From Alphaproteobacteria bacterium (lineage in GTDB: Bacteria > Pseudomonadota > Alphaproteobacteria > JAAXGF01): a stretch of DNA of 64,000 nucleotides. This document shows, one piece after another, positions 12,016 to 22,074 of the stretch; the first letter of the stretch is position 1; each line of letters starts with the position of its first letter. The notes beneath the pieces are model-generated. The model saw only the letters and a program-made list of their open reading frames with translations. It had not been told where the DNA came from and did no database searches. A program made the position numbers and the translations under genes. The stretch spans positions 2,016,001 to 2,080,000 of the forward strand of contig CAUVXB020000002.1 of assembly GCA_963555825.3 (NCBI GenBank), in the 5' to 3' direction.

Positions 12016-13669
12016 GGGTGTGGGTCTGGTATGGAAAATCTAAGTCATTGATTTAGTGCGTTTTTTGTGTCGAGACGAACGGCCGAAATCGGCTATTCGT
12101 GACAATGGGCCGCTCCAAGGCAGGATTTTGTTACGACGGCAGGGTCGAGCAGGGGAAGGTGGGAACGCTCCGCACCGCCAGAAGCGGTACGATGCCGTGT
12201 CTCGAAACCCAACATCGGGAGCATTCCCATGGCAGTATCCCCGCCTCCGGCGCCTTCGTCCATCGATCTTTCCGGCCTGCCTCCTCGGGTCGTCGAGGCG
12301 GCCGCCCGGGTGCTCGCACTGTGTCGCGAGGAGCTTCGTTCCGAGCCGCGCCCCGAGGCGCCCGAGGAGGTCGAGTTGCGGGTGCGTGAGGCCACGAACG
12401 AGTTCGCTCGCGATGTCATGGGCGCCGTCATCGAGAACCGGGACGATGGCGCTTCCCGGATCGAGCGGGACGGGCAGAGCTGGTTCCGGGTCGCGGTGAC
12501 GCCGAAGACGATCATGACCTCGCTCGGTCCGGTGACCTACCGGCGAGCGCGTTACCGCAGCGGCGCGAGCGGGGCATCGCCGGTGCCGGTCGACGAGAGC
12601 CTGGGCCTCGTCGACGATTACCTGACGCGGCCGGCGGCCGAGCTCGGTCTGCTGATGATGGGTCACTGCACGGCCCGGGAAGCGGCGGCGTTCTTTGCGA
12701 AGACCGGCGCCATGACGCCGTCGGTGAGCACCCTGCAGCGCCTGACCCTGAGCATGCACGAATGCTGGGAGAGCCTCGGCCCGGAGACGCTGGGCAGCAT
12801 CCGTGAGGCCGAGGGCATACCGCAGGACGCGACCACCGCCTCGGTCTCCCTCGACGGCGTCATGGTGCCGCTGAGACCCGGCGAGGACGGTCGCGCCAAG
12901 GCCTCCTGGCGCGAGGCTGCCTGCGGCACGGTCTCCTTCCACGACGCCGAGGGCAAGCGCCTGAAGACCCTCTATCTCGGCCGCATGCCGGAGAGCGGCA
13001 AGCTCACGCTGAAGGCGCAGCTTGCAAGCGAAGTCGCACACATCAGGCGAGCACGCCCCGAGATCGGGATCGTCGCTATCGCCGATGGCGCCGCCGACAA
13101 CTGGACCTTCCTGGAGACCCTGTCGCCCGAAACCGAGGTGATCGACTTCTGGCATGCTTGCGAACATCTGCAAACCGCGTCCGACCATGCCGTGGCGCCC
13201 GGCTGGTTCGAGAAGTACCGCGAGATCCTCCGTCACGATCCCCGTGGCGTCGCCAAGGTGATCCGGGCGCTGCGCCACCTTCGCGATGCCGCCGCTGCGC
13301 CGGACCGGGCCGAGACCGAGCGGGAACTCGCCTTCTTCCGCAAGCATCGCCATCGCATGCGCTACCACGCCCTGAAGGAAGAGGGCATCGCCATCGGCTC
13401 AGGCGTGGTCGAAGCTGCCAACAAGACCCTGGTGACACAGCGCATGAAGCGCTCCGGCATGCGCTGGCGGATCGTCGGCGGACAGGCTGTTCTGACCTTC
13501 CGCGCCCTGATCAAATCCGGCCGCTTCGAGCGGGCATGGAAGGCCCTGATCAGCGCAACCGACACACCGGCCAACGACAACATCAGTCCACGTGCAGCAG
13601 CCATGGCAATCGCTGCCTGAACTCAACGAACCAAGCCGCAGACATCACTGCCATGCGAGACTCGCACCC
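12016..13669 (+). mobile_element. ISKra4-like insertion sequence inserted in the 5' end of the cyclase gene
   Basis: Imperfect IRs GGGTGTGGGTCTGGTATGG / CCATGCGAGACTCGCACCC; 8-bp TSD TGTCGAAC at 12008-12015 and 13670-13677. Confidence 0.85.
12229..13620 (+). CDS. ISKra4/UPF0236-type DDE transposase
   Basis: SLDGVMVP, IADGAADNW, IDFWHACEHL, IGSGVVEAANK..RMKRSGMRW. Confidence 0.85.
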   Translation: MAVSPPPAPSSIDLSGLPPRVVEAAARVLALCREELRSEPRPEAPEEVELRVREATNEFARDVMGAVIENRDDGASRIERDGQSWFRVAVTPKTIMTSLGPVTYRRARYRSGASGASPVPVDESLGLVDDYLTRPAAELGLLMMGHCTAREAAAFFAKTGAMTPSVSTLQRLTLSMHECWESLGPETLGSIREAEGIPQDATTASVSLDGVMVPLRPGEDGRAKASWREAACGTVSFHDAEGKRLKTLYLGRMPESGKLTLKAQLASEVAHIRRARPEIGIVAIADGAADNWTFLETLSPETEVIDFWHACEHLQTASDHAVAPGWFEKYREILRHDPRGVAKVIRALRHLRDAAAAPDRAETERELAFFRKHRHRMRYHALKEEGIAIGSGVVEAANKTLVTQRMKRSGMRWRIVGGQAVLTFRALIKSGRFERAWKALISATDTPANDNISPRAAAMAIAA

Positions 13670-15434
13670 TGTCGAACGGCGACTCGCGGCTATCCTGTGC
13701 GCCGACGTGGTCGGTTACAGCCGGCTCATGGAAGGCGACGAGGAGGCGACCATCCGTGCCCTAAGCGCGTGCCGCCGTATTGTCGATGATATGGTCGAGC
13801 GCCATCGCGGCCGGGTCTTCGGAAGCGCCGGCGACAGCGTCGTCGCCGAGTTTGCGAGCGCTGTCGAGGCTGTGCGTTGCGCCATCGAAATTCAGCGCCT
13901 CCAAGGGGCGCAAGACGCCGACGTTTCCGAGGACCGGCGCATGCGCTTGCGCATTGGCATCAACCTCGGCGATATCGTCGTCGAAGACAGCAATCTGCTC
14001 GGCGACGGCGTCAATGTCGCCGCCCGGCTGCAAGCGCTTGCCGAGCCTGGCGGCCTGTGCATCTCGGCCAATATTCACGAACATGTGGGAGGCAAGCTTG
14101 ACCTAGTCTTTGATGATCTCGGCGGCCGGACAGTTAAGAACATCGCAAGGCCCATACGCGCCTACCGCGTTCGTTTCGAAACTCCCATCGGCCACTCCGA
14201 TGGTTCGCAGCGTGGACCACTGGGATTGCCTGACAAGCCTTCGGTCGCCGTCCTTCCGTTCACAAACATGTCTGGAGAGCCCGAACAGGGGTACTTTTCG
14301 GACGGTATCACCGAGGACATCATCACCGGTCTCAGCCGCTTCCGTGAATTGTTTGTCATCGCACGTAACTCTGCCTTCACCTACAAGGGCCGAGCAGTAA
14401 AGGTGCAGGACGTCGGCCGCGAACTAGGCGTCGGCTACATCGTCGAGGGCAGCGTGCGCAAGGCGGGCAACCGCGTGCGCGTCACCGCTCAGCTCATCGA
14501 GGCGGCGACCGGAAGTCACGTGTGGGCCGAACGCTATGATCGGGAACTAGAGGACATCTTCGCCGTCCAAGATGATATCACCGAGACGGTGGTCGCCACG
14601 CTTGCGGGGCGGCTTGGCGAACTGGGCGTCGATCGTGTGAAACGCAAACCAACCGAGAGCCTGACGGCCTTTGATTACGTCTTGCACGCGAGACAACTGA
14701 TCTATCGGTACGGGCAAGAAAGCATCGCCGAAGCCACGGGTCTGCTCGAAAGGGCCGTCGCCCTCGACGCCGATTACGCGGCCGCCCACGCCTGGTTGGC
14801 GGAAGCATATTGGGTCGAATGGTGGGCCGGCTGGACCGCCGATGACGTCGGTAGCTACGAGACCAGCGCGCGTCACGCCACGCAAGCTGTGGCGCTCGAC
14901 GACACTGACGGCCGAGCTCATATCCAAGTGGGCCAGATTCATTTGTACCGACGCCGGTATGACGATATGCGCCTCAGTTTCGACAAGGCTCAATCACTAA
15001 ATCCCAATGATCCCGATGCGATGATGAGCCGTGCTTTTGGCAGCGTGTATGTAGGTGAGCCCGAACGCGCCCTAGAACAGATAGACGAAGCAATCCGGAT
15101 CGATCCCTTGGGTCATTATGGGTATATCCGAGGCCTTGCCTCCTATGGGATGCGAAACTACGAAGACGCCTTAGCTGCGTTCAAGACCGTGCGGGGAGAA
15201 GCGCAGGGCGTCCAGGCCTGGTTGGCTGCCTGCTACGGGCAAATCGGCAACCGCGATGATGCCAAGGGCGCATCTGCCGAGTTCGTTGCTGTCACAACGA
15301 GGCTAATGGGCCAGGTAGGTGCACGAGTGCCCACAATCTGGACCAGCTACTTCACGGAGCGCCATCCTTACGAGCGCGCTGATGACCAAGATCACATGCT
15401 TGAAGGGCTGCGCAAAGCCGGGCTACGTGCATAG
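13653..15434 (+). CDS. Class III adenylate/guanylate cyclase + TolB-like + TPR protein; native start at 11994 separated by the IS
   Basis: ERRLAAILCADVVGYSRLM, RIGINLGD, GDGVNVAARLQ, PSVAVLPFTNMSG, YFSDGITEDII, C-terminal TPR-like helices. Confidence 0.85.
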   Translation: MRDSHPVERRLAAILCADVVGYSRLMEGDEEATIRALSACRRIVDDMVERHRGRVFGSAGDSVVAEFASAVEAVRCAIEIQRLQGAQDADVSEDRRMRLRIGINLGDIVVEDSNLLGDGVNVAARLQALAEPGGLCISANIHEHVGGKLDLVFDDLGGRTVKNIARPIRAYRVRFETPIGHSDGSQRGPLGLPDKPSVAVLPFTNMSGEPEQGYFSDGITEDIITGLSRFRELFVIARNSAFTYKGRAVKVQDVGRELGVGYIVEGSVRKAGNRVRVTAQLIEAATGSHVWAERYDRELEDIFAVQDDITETVVATLAGRLGELGVDRVKRKPTESLTAFDYVLHARQLIYRYGQESIAEATGLLERAVALDADYAAAHAWLAEAYWVEWWAGWTADDVGSYETSARHATQAVALDDTDGRAHIQVGQIHLYRRRYDDMRLSFDKAQSLNPNDPDAMMSRAFGSVYVGEPERALEQIDEAIRIDPLGHYGYIRGLASYGMRNYEDALAAFKTVRGEAQGVQAWLAACYGQIGNRDDAKGASAEFVAVTTRLMGQVGARVPTIWTSYFTERHPYERADDQDHMLEGLRKAGLRA

Positions 15435-15481
15435 ACCGCTGCCCCTATTGTTAATGTCTACTGCGGGTCCAGACTGTGTAA

Positions 15482-16656
15482 TACCAGTGAGCCTATGAAA
15501 TCACCTTCATGATCCATGGATAGGCGCAGAGGGTTCGCATACGATCCGGTTCTGCGATGAGGTCGATCCATGCTTGGCAACAGGCGTCGATGATGGCCTC
15601 GGTGTCGTCGAGGACGCGGAGCGATAGGAAGCGTTCGCGTAGGTAGAGCCAAACCCGCTCGACGGGGTTGAGTTCGGGACTGTAAGGCGGCAACAGCGCC
15701 AAGGTGACGTTGTCGGGGACGGTGAGGGCGCGCTCGTCGTGCCAACCGGCGCCGTCGCACATCATGACGGCGTGCGCATCCTGGTCCAGGGTATCGGCGA
15801 AGTGTGCGAGAAACAGGTCCATGACCTTGGCGTTGACGCTCGGCATCACCAGGGTGACGTCGTCGCCGGTGTCCGGGCGCACGGCGGAGAAGATGTAGGC
15901 CCACTGGTAGCCGATTTGACGCGTCCCGGGGGCACGCTCGCCCCTGCGCCACCACCGGTGACACACCCGGCCCTTGTTGCCGACGCGCGCTTCATCCTGA
16001 AACCACAGCTGTAGGCGCTTGTCGGGATGCGCCGCGGCGGTCGCCTTCAGGATGTCGCGAAGCCCCCTTTTTTGAAGCGCTCCTGCGCTTCGGCGTCCCT
16101 TCGCGGGTGGCTCGGGCGCGCCTTCTGGCGGGAAAATCCCATCCGCCGTAGAACCCGGGTCATGCTCGAGGGGTGGTAGGTCTTGGCGAAGCGCTCCTCC
16201 AGCCAGCGGCACAGATCGGCCCGGGTCCAGGCGCAAACCCCGTCGCGCTCAGGCTCCGGCCCGGCGATGATGACCGCCGCCAGCGCCGCTTCCTCGTCTG
16301 CCGTCAGCCGCCGCGGCGAGTAGCCCTTTGGACGGTCGTGAAGCCCCTCCAATCCCTTTGCATTGTAACGAACAACCGCGTCGCGAAGCGTTTGGCGATC
16401 CATCCCCGCAAGCCGCGCGGCATCAGCCCGGGGCATCTCCTCCAAAGCATTCGCGATCCCATAGGCCCGCGCCGCCGCTCGACCGTACGATTCCACGCGA
16501 GCCCAGCGCCGAAGCTCCAAAGGCGTCAAATCATCCCGTATCTTGAGTGCTGATCCCATGACATCCCCCACATCTGGTGGGAGACCATAGAATCACAATC
16601 CGCCATCATCCGCCATCAATGAATATCCCGAGAGTCAATTCAGGCGCTCACTGGTA
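15482..16656 (-). mobile_element. IS630-family element, copy 1 (1175 bp)
   Basis: IR TACCAGTGAGC / GCTCACTGGTA; two overlapping ORFs. Confidence 0.9.
15493..16571 (-). CDS. IS630 transposase; OrfA (HTH) and OrfB (DDE) joined by probable -1 frameshift
   Basis: WFQDEARVG, CDGAGWH, LPPYSPELNPVE; slippery AAAAAAG at 16067-16073 (minus strand). Confidence 0.88.
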
Positions 16657-16659
16657 TTA

Positions 16660-17834
16660 TACCAGTGAGCCTATGAAATCACCTTCATGATCCATGGATA
16701 GGCGCAGAGGGTTCGCATACGATCCGGTTCTGCGATGAGGTCGATCCATGCTTGGCAACAGGCGTCGATGATGGCCTCGGTGTCGTCGAGGACGCGGAGC
16801 GATAGGAAGCGTTCGCGTAGGTAGAGCCAAACCCGCTCGACGGGGTTGAGTTCGGGACTGTAAGGCGGCAACAGCGCCAAGGTGACGTTGTCGGGGACGG
16901 TGAGGGCGCGCTCGTCGTGCCAACCGGCGCCGTCGCACATCATGACGGCGTGCGCATCCTGGTCCAGGGTATCGGCGAAGTGTGCGAGAAACAGGTCCAT
17001 GACCTTGGCGTTGACGCTCGGCATCACCAGGGTGACGTCGTCGCCGGTGTCCGGGCGCACGGCGGAGAAGATGTAGGCCCACTGGTAGCCGATTTGACGC
17101 GTCCCGGGGGCACGCTCGCCCCTGCGCCACCACCGGTGACACACCCGGCCCTTGTTGCCGACGCGCGCTTCATCCTGAAACCACAGCTGTAGGCGCTTGT
17201 CGGGATGCGCCGCGGCGGTCGCCTTCAGGATGTCGCGAAGCCCCCTTTTTTGAAGCGCTCCTGCGCTTCGGCGTCCCTTCGCGGGTGGCTCGGGCGCGCC
17301 TTCTGGCGGGAAAATCCCATCCGCCGTAGAACCCGGGTCATGCTCGAGGGGTGGTAGGTCTTGGCGAAGCGCTCCTCCAGCCAGCGGCACAGATCGGCCC
17401 GGGTCCAGGCGCAAACCCCGTCGCGCTCAGGCTCCGGCCCGGCGATGATGACCGCCGCCAGCGCCGCTTCCTCGTCTGCCGTCAGCCGCCGCGGCGAGTA
17501 GCCCTTTGGACGGTCGTGAAGCCCCTCCAATCCCTTTGCATTGTAACGAACAACCGCGTCGCGAAGCGTTTGGCGATCCATCCCCGCAAGCCGCGCGGCA
17601 TCAGCCCGGGGCATCTCCTCCAAAGCATTCGCGATCCCATAGGCCCGCGCCGCCGCTCGACCGTACGATTCCACGCGAGCCCAGCGCCGAAGCTCCAAAG
17701 GCGTCAAATCATCCCGTATCTTGAGTGCTGATCCCATGACATCCCCCACATCTGGTGGGAGACCATAGAATCACAATCCGCCATCATCCGCCATCAATGA
17801 ATATCCCGAGAGTCAATTCAGGCGCTCACTGGTA
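16660..17834 (-). mobile_element. IS630-family element, copy 2 (tandem, apparently identical)
   Basis: Same IRs and identical ORF translations, offset 1178 bp. Confidence 0.9.
16671..17749 (-). CDS. IS630 transposase (frameshift-joined), copy 2
   Basis: Translations identical to copy 1; slippery site at 17245-17251. Confidence 0.88.
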
Positions 17835-18006
17835 TAAGAACGTTTGCTGCGTGATCTGTACGGCGCGTCTTTGGCTTCGATGATCCGTCGCGGCGGGTAT
17901 TCCGGGATTAAGGATTTTCGCCACTCGTGCGGACCTGTCGGCCGGCTGGCGCCGGTGTGAGCTGCGATTTGGCCGGATATGGGCGCAATTTGCGGCGCAG
18001 AGAGGC

Positions 18007-19449
18007 CTATGCGGTCCTCATCGCCGCGATCAGCGGGTCGATGCCCGTGATGTTCATGACGCGCTTGAGATTGTAGGCCAGCACGTGCAGGGCCATCTCG
18101 GTCCTCACCCGTTTCAGCGTCTTCGTCTGGAAATGCGTCGCGCCCATCCAGGACTTGATGGTGCCGAAGGGATGCTCGGCCGTCTCGCGCCGCCGACGCA
18201 TCGCCTCCGGGTGCTCGTCGAGCCGCCTCTCGACGGCCTCGAGAACATGCTCGTGCTGCCAGCGGGTGATGCGGCGCTGCTTGGCCGTGGTGCAGCGATG
18301 CTTGATGGCGCATCCCTGACAGGCGTTGGTCCAGTAGCGCCGCATGCTCAGCCCCCTCTCCTGGCTGGTGAAGCGGTAGACCAAACGCTCGCCGGCCGGG
18401 CAGCGATAGACATCGTCGGCGGCCAGATAGACGAAGTCCTGTTTGCCGAAGCGGCCCTTGGCCTTGGCTCCAGAGGTCAGCGGCTTAGGCAATGTGACGG
18501 TGATGCCGGCCTCATCGCAGGCCAGAATCTCCTTGCCGTTGTAGTAGCCGCGATCGGCAACGACATCCAACTCGTCGGTCTCCAGAGCCGCCTTGGTCCG
18601 CTTCGCCATGGCTGAGAGCTGGGCGCGGTCGGTGCCCTGATTGGTCACCTCGTGGGCGACGATCAGGTGGTGCTTGGTGTCGACGGCGGCCTGAACGTTG
18701 TAGCCGACCACGCCGGAACCCCGGCCGCTCGTCGCCATCGAGCGGGCATCGGGATCGCTCAGAGAGATCTGCTGGTCCGGGCTCGCACGCCGCTCGACTT
18801 CAAGCGCCTTCAGGCGCCGCATCTCCTCCTTGAGGATCGCGATCTTGTCGGCCAGACGAGTCGTCTTGGTCGTGCGCGCCAGCGACGGCTCTTGCCGGTC
18901 GGCGCTGTCCAACTGGTCCAGATAGCGCGCAACGCTCTCCTCGATCTGCGCCACCCGCCGCGCCATCTTGGCCCGCGTGAAGTTCCTGTCCCGGCTGTTG
19001 ACCGCCTTGAACTTCGAGCCATCGATCGCCACGCTCGCCTCGGCGAACAGCCCGAGTTGCCGGCACAGCGCGACGAACCGGGCGCAGACCTTGCGGATCG
19101 CACGGCCGTTGTCCTTGCGGAAGTCGGCGATCGTCTTGTGATCCGGCGCCAGCCGGCCGACCAGCCACATCACTTCCACATTGCGCCCGGCCTCCCTCTC
19201 GAGCCGACGGCTCGACTGAACCCGGTTGAGATAGCCGTAGATGTAGAGCTTCAACAAATCGCAAGGATGATAGGCCGGCCTGCCGGTCGCCAGCGGCTCG
19301 ACCCGGTCGAACCCGAGGCCGCCAAGATCGAGCTCATCGACGAAGACGTCGATCGCCCGAACCGGGTTGTCGTCGCCGATCCAGTCTTCCAGGCGCTCCG
19401 GAAACAACGTGCCCTGGCTGCGATCGACACCCTCGACAAAACGCTTCAT
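18007..19449 (-). CDS. IS1182-family transposase
   Basis: GRPAYHP..LLKLYIYGY..SSRRLE, PDHKTIADFR, AIDGSK, SDPDAR, GYNVQ, ADRGY, EHPFGTIK. Confidence 0.92.
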   Translation of the reverse strand: MKRFVEGVDRSQGTLFPERLEDWIGDDNPVRAIDVFVDELDLGGLGFDRVEPLATGRPAYHPCDLLKLYIYGYLNRVQSSRRLEREAGRNVEVMWLVGRLAPDHKTIADFRKDNGRAIRKVCARFVALCRQLGLFAEASVAIDGSKFKAVNSRDRNFTRAKMARRVAQIEESVARYLDQLDSADRQEPSLARTTKTTRLADKIAILKEEMRRLKALEVERRASPDQQISLSDPDARSMATSGRGSGVVGYNVQAAVDTKHHLIVAHEVTNQGTDRAQLSAMAKRTKAALETDELDVVADRGYYNGKEILACDEAGITVTLPKPLTSGAKAKGRFGKQDFVYLAADDVYRCPAGERLVYRFTSQERGLSMRRYWTNACQGCAIKHRCTTAKQRRITRWQHEHVLEAVERRLDEHPEAMRRRRETAEHPFGTIKSWMGATHFQTKTLKRVRTEMALHVLAYNLKRVMNITGIDPLIAAMRTA

Positions 19450-19544
19450 CAGACCCTCCCGCCAAAGCACGAGAGAATCATAACACCATCGACGTTTTTA
19501 CACAGTCTGGGTCAGCTGCAGACCTACGGCGAAGTTGGGTTGGG

Positions 19545-19573
19545 CGTCCGCTTTCGAGCGGTAGGCGGGCATT
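19545..19573. repeat. Family-P palindrome at right border of island
   Basis: CGTCCGCTTTCGAGCGGTAGGCGGGCATT. Confidence 0.7.
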
Positions 19574-19605
19574 GGCGGCGCAGATCAGCCGTTGGATTTG
19601 TACGA

Positions 19606-20271
19606 CTACCCGTCCATGCCGGGCCGCAGCATGGTGAATACGTTGTCGACCGTCGTGTAATCCATGTAGCCGAGCCGCGCGACCGGGCGGAACTTCGCCA
19701 TGTCGATCATGCCGTCGGTGACGATCGAGCGGTCGATGTGGACGCCGACGACGGTGCCGAGGACGATCGCGTTGGTCGACGCCGGATCGTCTGAGGGCAG
19801 CTCGACGGTCCGCCAATAGGTGCACTCGAAGTGGATCGGCGCGCCGGCGACGCGCGGCGGCTTGACCCGGCGCGACGGCAGCGTCGCGAGGCCGGCGAGC
19901 GCCATCTCGTCGACCTCCGGGTCGACGTCGGCCGACGTCGCGTTCATGACCTCGCGCTGGGCGTGGGTAACGATGTTGCAGACGAACTCGCCGGTTTCCT
20001 CGGCGTTGCGCCGCGAATCCTTGTGCGGGCCCGGCTGGTGGGCGCCGCCTGGGCAGAACATCACCATATGGGGGGCGGTCGAGACCGCGTTGAAGAAGCT
20101 GTACGGCGCCAGGTTGACGACGCCGTCGCGGTCCAGCGTGGTGACCCAGCCGATCGGCCGCGGCACCACCAGGCTCTTGAACGGATCGCGCTTGAGGCCG
20201 TGGCCGCCGGCCGCCGGGTCGTAGAAGATCGCCGCCGCCGCGTCGGCCGCCTGTCCCGCGTCAGGCGGCAT
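19606..20271 (-). CDS. Flavin reductase family protein
   Basis: VVPRPIGWVTT, NLAPYSFFN, ARLGYMDY. Confidence 0.9.
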   Translation of the reverse strand: MPPDAGQAADAAAAIFYDPAAGGHGLKRDPFKSLVVPRPIGWVTTLDRDGVVNLAPYSFFNAVSTAPHMVMFCPGGAHQPGPHKDSRRNAEETGEFVCNIVTHAQREVMNATSADVDPEVDEMALAGLATLPSRRVKPPRVAGAPIHFECTYWRTVELPSDDPASTNAIVLGTVVGVHIDRSIVTDGMIDMAKFRPVARLGYMDYTTVDNVFTMLRPGMDG

Positions 20272-20914
20272 CGGCGTATTGCTTGTAGGAATTGATGTAG
20301 TAGTCGAGGCCGTGCTCGGTCGCCTTGACGCTGGGCCGCTCGCGCATCGCCGCCTGCCAGGCGGCGAGCCTGGGGCAATCGTCCGGCACGTCGATGCCGC
20401 GGTAGTGCGTCAGCGCGCCGAGCCGCTCGAAGTGCGGGTAGAAGGCGATGTCGACCAGCGAGACCGCATCGCCCAGCCAATACGGATCGGCGCCGAGCCG
20501 CGTCATGCCGTCTTCCATGCGGCGAAAATGGCCCGTGAGCTTGTCGCCCGCCTCGGCCCGCGCGGCGGCGTCCTTGGCGCTCAATACCGCGTAGAAGGCG
20601 CCGACCAGCCGGGTGTTGCAGAAGTCGATCCAGGCGCGCGCCTGGGCGCGGCGTACCGGGTCGGACGGCATCAGCGCCGGCTCGGGGTAGGCTTCCTCGA
20701 TATATTCGTTGATGATCGCCGATTCGTAGATCACTTCGTCGCCGACCTTGAGCACCGGAACCTTGGAGTAGGGCGAGACCTGCTCGAACCAGGCCGGCTT
20801 GTTCGAGAGATCGACTTCGGTGTGCTTGTAGGCGAGACCCTTCTCCCTGAGCGCCAGGTGAGTGCGCTGGGCGTAGGGGCAGACTTCCGCCGTGATGAAC
20901 TCGATTTCGGACAT
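20261..20914 (-). CDS. Glutathione S-transferase family protein (omega-like CPYA)
   Basis: VCPYAQR, KVPVL, ESAIINEYI. Confidence 0.9.
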   Translation of the reverse strand: MSEIEFITAEVCPYAQRTHLALREKGLAYKHTEVDLSNKPAWFEQVSPYSKVPVLKVGDEVIYESAIINEYIEEAYPEPALMPSDPVRRAQARAWIDFCNTRLVGAFYAVLSAKDAAARAEAGDKLTGHFRRMEDGMTRLGADPYWLGDAVSLVDIAFYPHFERLGALTHYRGIDVPDDCPRLAAWQAAMRERPSVKATEHGLDYYINSYKQYADAA

Positions 20915-20948
20915 GATCACGTATCCTTTCCTGTTTAGGCCGCCGCGC

Positions 20949-21941
20949 TCAACCGAAAGTATCGGCCATCAGTTGGCCGAGGTCGGCTTCGGCGCGCGCG
21001 CCGATATGGCTGATGACCTCGGCCGCCGCGAGACCGCCGAGGCGGCCCGCGCTGGCCAGGTCCCAGCCATGGGTCAAACCATAGAGCACGCCGGCGGCAT
21101 AGAGATCGCCGGCGCCCGTCGCGTCGACGACCTCGGCAACCGGATGGGCGTCGATGACGTGCACCGTGTCGCCGGCAACGATCACCGAGCCCTGCTCGCT
21201 GCGCGTCAGCGCGGCCACGGCGCAGTCTTGGCGCACCCGCTGCAATGCCGCGTCGAAGTCGTCGACCTCGTAGAGTGAAATAATCTCGGCCTCGTTGGCA
21301 AACAAGATGTCGATATGTTCCGCCGCCAGTTCGCGGAACTCGGCGCGGTGGCGGTCGACGCAGAACGGGTCGGACAGCGTCAGCGCGACGCGCCGGCCGT
21401 TGGTATGCGCGATGCCGAGCGCCTTGCGGAAAGCCTGTTTGGCGCTTGGCGGGTCCCACAGATAGCCTTCGAGATAGGTGATCTCGGCGGCCGCGATGAG
21501 CGCCTCGTCGACGTCGTCGGGGCCGAGTTCGACGCAGGCGCCGAGATAGGTGCACATGGTGCGCTGCGCATCGGGCGTTACGATCACCAAGCACCGCGCC
21601 GTCGACGCCCCGTCGATGGCCGCCGGCGTGTCAAATTGCACGCCGGCGGCGCGGATGTCGTGGCCGAAGACGCCGCCGAGCTGGTCGTCGCGCACCTTGC
21701 CGATGAAGGCGCCCTTACCGCCAAGCGCCGCGATGCCGGCCATGGTGTTGCCGGCGGAACCGCCCGAGATCTCGACGCCCGGGCCCATGGCGTCGTAGAG
21801 CGCGTCGCTTTGCGCGGCGTCGACCAGCGTCATGGCGCCCTTGGCGAGGCCGTGCGTCTCCAGAAACGCGTCGTCGGCGCGGGCCAGCACGTCGACCATG
21901 GCGTTGCCGATTCCCACGACATTGAGCGTCGCATCCGTCAT
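20949..21941 (-). CDS. PfkB-family adenosine/carbohydrate kinase
   Basis: GIGNAMVD, GGSAGNT, DATGAGDLYAAG. Confidence 0.92.
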   Translation of the reverse strand: MTDATLNVVGIGNAMVDVLARADDAFLETHGLAKGAMTLVDAAQSDALYDAMGPGVEISGGSAGNTMAGIAALGGKGAFIGKVRDDQLGGVFGHDIRAAGVQFDTPAAIDGASTARCLVIVTPDAQRTMCTYLGACVELGPDDVDEALIAAAEITYLEGYLWDPPSAKQAFRKALGIAHTNGRRVALTLSDPFCVDRHRAEFRELAAEHIDILFANEAEIISLYEVDDFDAALQRVRQDCAVAALTRSEQGSVIVAGDTVHVIDAHPVAEVVDATGAGDLYAAGVLYGLTHGWDLASAGRLGGLAAAEVISHIGARAEADLGQLMADTFG

Positions 21942-22074
21942 CGGCGTTGTCCTCCCCGGTTCGGCAGCTCGTCAAGGCGGGCCGCAGTATAGTCGGCGGT
22001 CATGGCCCGGCAAGCGGTCTCTATACATGCCAGGCATGCTGATCGATACTCGCGGCGAACCGGGAGAGGAGCTG

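Larger units (their letters stand above)
15470..19509 (-). mobile_element. IS1182-family insertion sequence carrying an IS630 dimer in one IR
   Basis: IR CAGACTGTG|TAAGAACG (split at 15470-15478 / 17835-17842) and CGTTTTTACACAGTCTG (19493-19509); TSD GGTC at 15466-15469 and 19510-19513. Confidence 0.88.

Noticed and set aside
13158-13652. N-terminal extension of the 758-aa ORF, suggesting a transposase-cyclase fusion
   Set aside because: It is an alternative frame within the IS; cyclase homology begins only at the TSD (13670).
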